From Octopus bimaculoides (taxonomy: Eukaryota): a DNA stretch of 64,000 bases. Positions 60,112 to 64,000 of this stretch are shown in pieces. The notes below the pieces were generated by a model. That model ran no database searches. It was not told where the DNA came from and saw only the letters and a list, made by a program, of their open reading frames with translations. The translations under genes and the position numbers were made by a program. Every line of letters starts with the position of its first letter. Within the stretch, counting starts at the first letter, position 1. The DNA is taken from positions 54,035,840 to 54,099,839 of the forward strand of contig NC_068983.1 in NCBI RefSeq assembly GCF_001194135.2. The letters run 5' to 3'.

Positions 60112-60285
60112 TTCTACTATAAGCAAAAAGCCTGAAATTTTGTGGGGAGGGGCTAGTTGTTACCCCAGTACCCAACTAGTACTTATTTTATCGATTCTGA
60201 AAGGAAGAAAAGCAAAGTCTACCTCGGCAGAATTTGAACTCAGAATGTAAAATCAGACAAAATGCTTCTAAGCATTTTGCCCCTT
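60112..60285 (-). mobile_element. SINE-B (tail type 2)
   Basis: AATTTGAACTCAGAATG and AAGCCTGAAATTTTGTGGGGAGGGG. Confidence 0.78.
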
Positions 60286-60738
60286 ATTTTTTAAAATTTA
60301 AAACACACTTAGATGGGGTTTTTATCAACTAATGATGGGAATAATCTCAGAGAATTGAGAATGTGTCCTTCACAATGAGACAGTATGGAGCAAATTATGA
60401 GGAAGCTTTGAAGTGAAGTGATGAGTTTAAAATATAATTATTAGGAAAGGTGTTTAGCTAAGAACAAGTTAATTAGTTTAAAACCTTTAACATGTTAATT
60501 AGTTAACATGTTAATTAGTTAAAAACCGTTAACATAATTTTTTTTTCTCATTTTGGGATTTCCTTATTTTCTTGTAGCAAAGACTTTGTACAAGAGGTTC
60601 TAACATTTTTTTACTGATTGCAGCAAAGAGAAAGTAGATACTGTTGGATTTTGATTACTTTACAAATGCAGAAGGTAAAAGTGATAAGGTGACATTTCAG
60701 GATATTAATTATCTCCCTTACTTGATTTTAGATTTTAA

Positions 60739-62430
60739 CCCTTTCGGTACCAACCCAGCTGAAACCACCTCTTGCTCTGTAGTACAAATGTCTTGTTTTC
60801 ATAAGTTCTGAATTAAAATCTTCCACCAAACCTTAGTCTCAATTTATGTTCCTAACACTAACTGAATGATAACTAAGTTATTTTACTAAATTCTTTGTTA
60901 TATTTAAAACTAATTGAAAGAAACACAGAACATCTCAACAAAAATATGGTAACGAAAGGGTTTAAGTCACCATGATATTTTTAAACCTTTCGTTACTAAC
61001 CCGGCTGAAACCACCTCTTGCTCTGTAATACAAATGTCTTGCTTTCATAAGTTTTGAATTAAAATCTTCCACCAAACCTTAGTCACAATTTACGTTCTTA
61101 ACACTAGCTTAATGATAACTAAGTTATTTTACTAAATTCTTTGTTATATTTAAAATTCATTGAAAGAAACACAGAGCATCTCAAAAGAAATATGGTAATG
61201 AAAAGATTAAACATCCCTGGAGGGAGATTTTATTTACTAGTTACAGGGATATTCCAAGTTAATCAAGAATTTTCAGCTTGTGAAACCTTACCACTTATCT
61301 ACTTGATTTATTAGTCCACTCCGCCCTTTAAATATCTTTCCTCCACCTCTGTTGTTGAAATTCATAATCAACAACATTAAATTCCCTGCATTTTTCTGAT
61401 TGTTTCCAAGTCTTTCCAACTGAGCTGAATATGTTTTATTGAGGAGATCTAATAAGATCAATACATGTCTGCTGTCTTCACCATTTGGTTTTAATCCATT
61501 TTGGCACCAACTTGCCTGAGACTGTCCCAGGTTCTATAATATAAACCTTCTACTTTAAATCAATCTCGATTAAAAACTTCCATTAAAATTTCATGTTAAT
61601 TTCTGTTCCAAGCACCAGAGGAATAATGAGTTATTTTACTAAGTTCTTTGTTATTTTCAAAATTTTTAAAGTCAGTGTATTTCAACAGAAATTCTAACAA
61701 AAGGATTAATACAAGGCTCCTGTCAGCTTCAATTTAACTGAGAGAAGTTTCAATCAGTTGTAGTTGAGGACTTTGCTAACTTAACCCTTTTGATACCAGC
61801 CAGCCTGAGACCAATCCTGGTTCTTTAACATAAACTCCTTATTTTAAAGAGATTGAAATTAAAACATTCCGTTAAAATTTCATATTAATTTCTTTTTCAA
61901 AGACAAGCTTAATAATGACAGTTATTTTACTAACTAACTCATTATTTTCAAAATTAATGGAAACCAAGACATCATATTTCCAAAAAAATCTGGTAACAAA
62001 ATGGTAACACAATTCTCCTGTTAACCTCGGGTAATCTTTCATGGATTTTAGTCAGCAATAATTCAGGGCTTGCCTAACTTAACCCTTTTGATACCAATCC
62101 ACCTTAGACTACTCTTGGTTCTATGATACAAACTTCTTGTTTTAAACTGATTCAAATTAAAAGAGTCATTTTACTAAATTCTTCATTATTTTGAAAATTA
62201 TTTGAAACAAAGGCAGTGTATTTCAAGAGAAACAGGGTAACAAAAGGGTTAAAGGCAAGATCCTTCCTGTCTGTATTGTCTTCATTTTCGAAATATTTCA
62301 GACAGCTAAATATTATTGAAGTTACCTGCCCTTTTTATTATTTTTAGATTTTGACCCTTTCATTACCAGATTTCTATTGAAATATACTGTTTTTTTTCAT
62401 TTAAAAATAAAGAATTTATTGAAATAACAA
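60739..62430. mobile_element. Cluster of six piggyBac-type MITEs (family 2)
   Basis: TTAA|CCCTTT(C/T)G(G/T/A)TACCA ... TGGTAAC(G/A)AAAGGG|TTAA copies at 60739-60960, 60985-61206, 61495-61705, 61785-62003 and 62083-62248, plus a reversed partial copy from 62355. Confidence 0.88.
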
Positions 62431-62459
62431 GCAATAGTCTTCATTGGCAACTAGACTCT

Positions 62460-62677
62460 TTTACTCTTTTACTTGTTTCAGTCATTTAACTGCGGCCATG
62501 CTGGAGCACCGCCTTTTAGTCAAGCAAATCGACCTCAGGACTTATTCTTTGGAAGCCTGGTACTTATTGTATCGGTCCCTTTTGCCGAACCGTTAAGTTA
62601 CGGGGATGTAAACACACCACCATCGGTTGTCAAGCAATGCTGGGGGGACAAACACAGACACACAAACATATACACAC

Positions 62678-62746
<69 letters not shown>

Positions 62747-62915
62747 TATATACGATGGGCTTCTTTCAGTTTCTGTCTATGAAATCCACTCACAAGGCTT
62801 TGGTTGGCCCGAGGCTATAGTAGAAGACACTTGCCCAAGGTGCCATGCAGTGGGAATGAACCAAGAACCATGTGGTTGGTAAGCAAGCTACTTACCACAC
62901 AGACACTCCTGCGCC
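62460..62915 (-). mobile_element. SINE-A with long central (TA)n
   Basis: Full copy. Confidence 0.9.
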
Positions 62916-63109
62916 TGTTGAACACTTTTTAATACTAAAAGGTTAAGAAGTTTACTCAGAAGGAATTCATTATAAAACAAGTCTATTTATCTTTTAGTTT
63001 TCTTCACTGTGTGTGGTTGATGCAGTTGGCACTTGTCATTTGAAATGGCTTCACATTTTCGAAGTATTTTCCCTCAGTCTTATTGTTGATAAATATCTCT
63101 TTGCTTCAG

Positions 63110-63222
63110 CATATTTTTAGAATGACATTTCGGTAGGTGTGAGAAGCTGAATTTGATCAGTTTGAACATAAAACAAGCAGAATAGATAAGTCAGATATGG
63201 CCAGTTAAAATACTAAAGCAAG
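63110..63222. mobile_element. Fragment of piggyBac MITE family 1
   Basis: Reverse complement matches 3095-3205 (GGCCATATC...CTCACACCTACC...CATTCTAAAAAT). Confidence 0.65.
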
Positions 63223-64000
63223 GGCCTTAATAAGGGGACATAGAACTTAAGTTTCCAAAGGTGTCTATCAACAACAGAGTAGAAGTCATGAACTGTATTA
63301 AAAAAAAAAAAATGGAAAACAGCTCATTTTTAAAGATGTTTCAAGATTATTAGTTAGGAATTTGGAAATGAATATTCAGAGAGTGGCATGACATATTTAG
63401 TTTTGCTGGATGAGTTAAGAATTAGGTAAGAACGACAGTTAAAAAATGGGCCAGGTGAGGTAACTTGTTTATTAAGAATATAATTGATAGTGAATTGTGT
63501 GTGAGATGAAGGTGTTGTCTTTTAAGAAGAAATGATGTTAGAACAGCATGACACCTACTGCCACCCCTTGTCTTTACTCTGCTTTGCTATGTTTTGTTCT
63601 ATTTCTCCTCATTGTTTAAATAAGACAGCCCTTGCACAGTTTCTTGTAAAACCCATTTATTGAAGTGTCGTTCATTAATAGTCTGGTTACAAATCAAATA
63701 TGGAAGGTCACACCTTAAATTTATGATACTACTTTATTTTCTCAATTTCACTCATTCGTGCTCACGTGTTTCTCCGGAGTATGATGCAGAAGTATTTGTA
63801 AATATTATTATCTCACATTAACTGTTATTAACTATGCATCTTTTGTTTGTTTAAGAACTGGGATTGCAATTACATTATATTGCTGCTTGATTATAACCCC
63901 AGTTATTCCCCACCTTTTTCCTCATCCTTTTATTATCTGTAAAATAATGTTAGAATTTTAACAAAGGCATCCATCTTATTTGTGTGTTTTGTGGTGGTGA

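Overview
AT-rich eukaryotic genomic scaffold with four N-gaps. The repeat content ((TA)n/(CA)n/(CAT)n/(TTA)n microsatellites, tRNA-headed SINEs, RTE LINE ends) strongly suggests an Octopus genome; this is inferred from repeat families, not from a database match. No complete protein-coding gene, tRNA, rRNA or CRISPR array can be supported. Much of the window is transposon-derived. Retroelements: two abundant tRNA-derived SINE families (called SINE-A and SINE-B here) plus minor ones, many 5'-truncated RTE LINE 3' ends, and decayed RT fragments from four LINE clades (HERO 23.7-25.3 kb, R4/Dong 44.1-46.4 kb, an old CR1/L2-group copy 52.8-53.4 kb, a rearranged RTE 53.5-54.8 kb). DNA elements: TTAA-flanked piggyBac-type MITEs, hAT MITEs with 8-bp TSDs, a Tc2/pogo-like MITE, a DINE-1/HINE-like rolling-circle element and long foldback hairpins. 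A host gene is probably hidden here: there are promoter-like motif clusters at ~0.25 kb and ~32.3 kb and two exons that splice in frame into a polyQ peptide (6875-6927 + 7437-7506), but I could not identify it. The most notable higher-order patterns are a ~13-kb CpG-retaining domain (30.7-43.6 kb) between CpG-depleted domains, a stack of nine SINE-B copies with mixed tails, an array of STAT-type TTCNNNGAA sites, a six-copy piggyBac-MITE cluster and a minisatellite born inside an R4 RT gene. Repeat boundaries were read by eye and may be off by about 10-20 nt unless a TSD/TIR is quoted.
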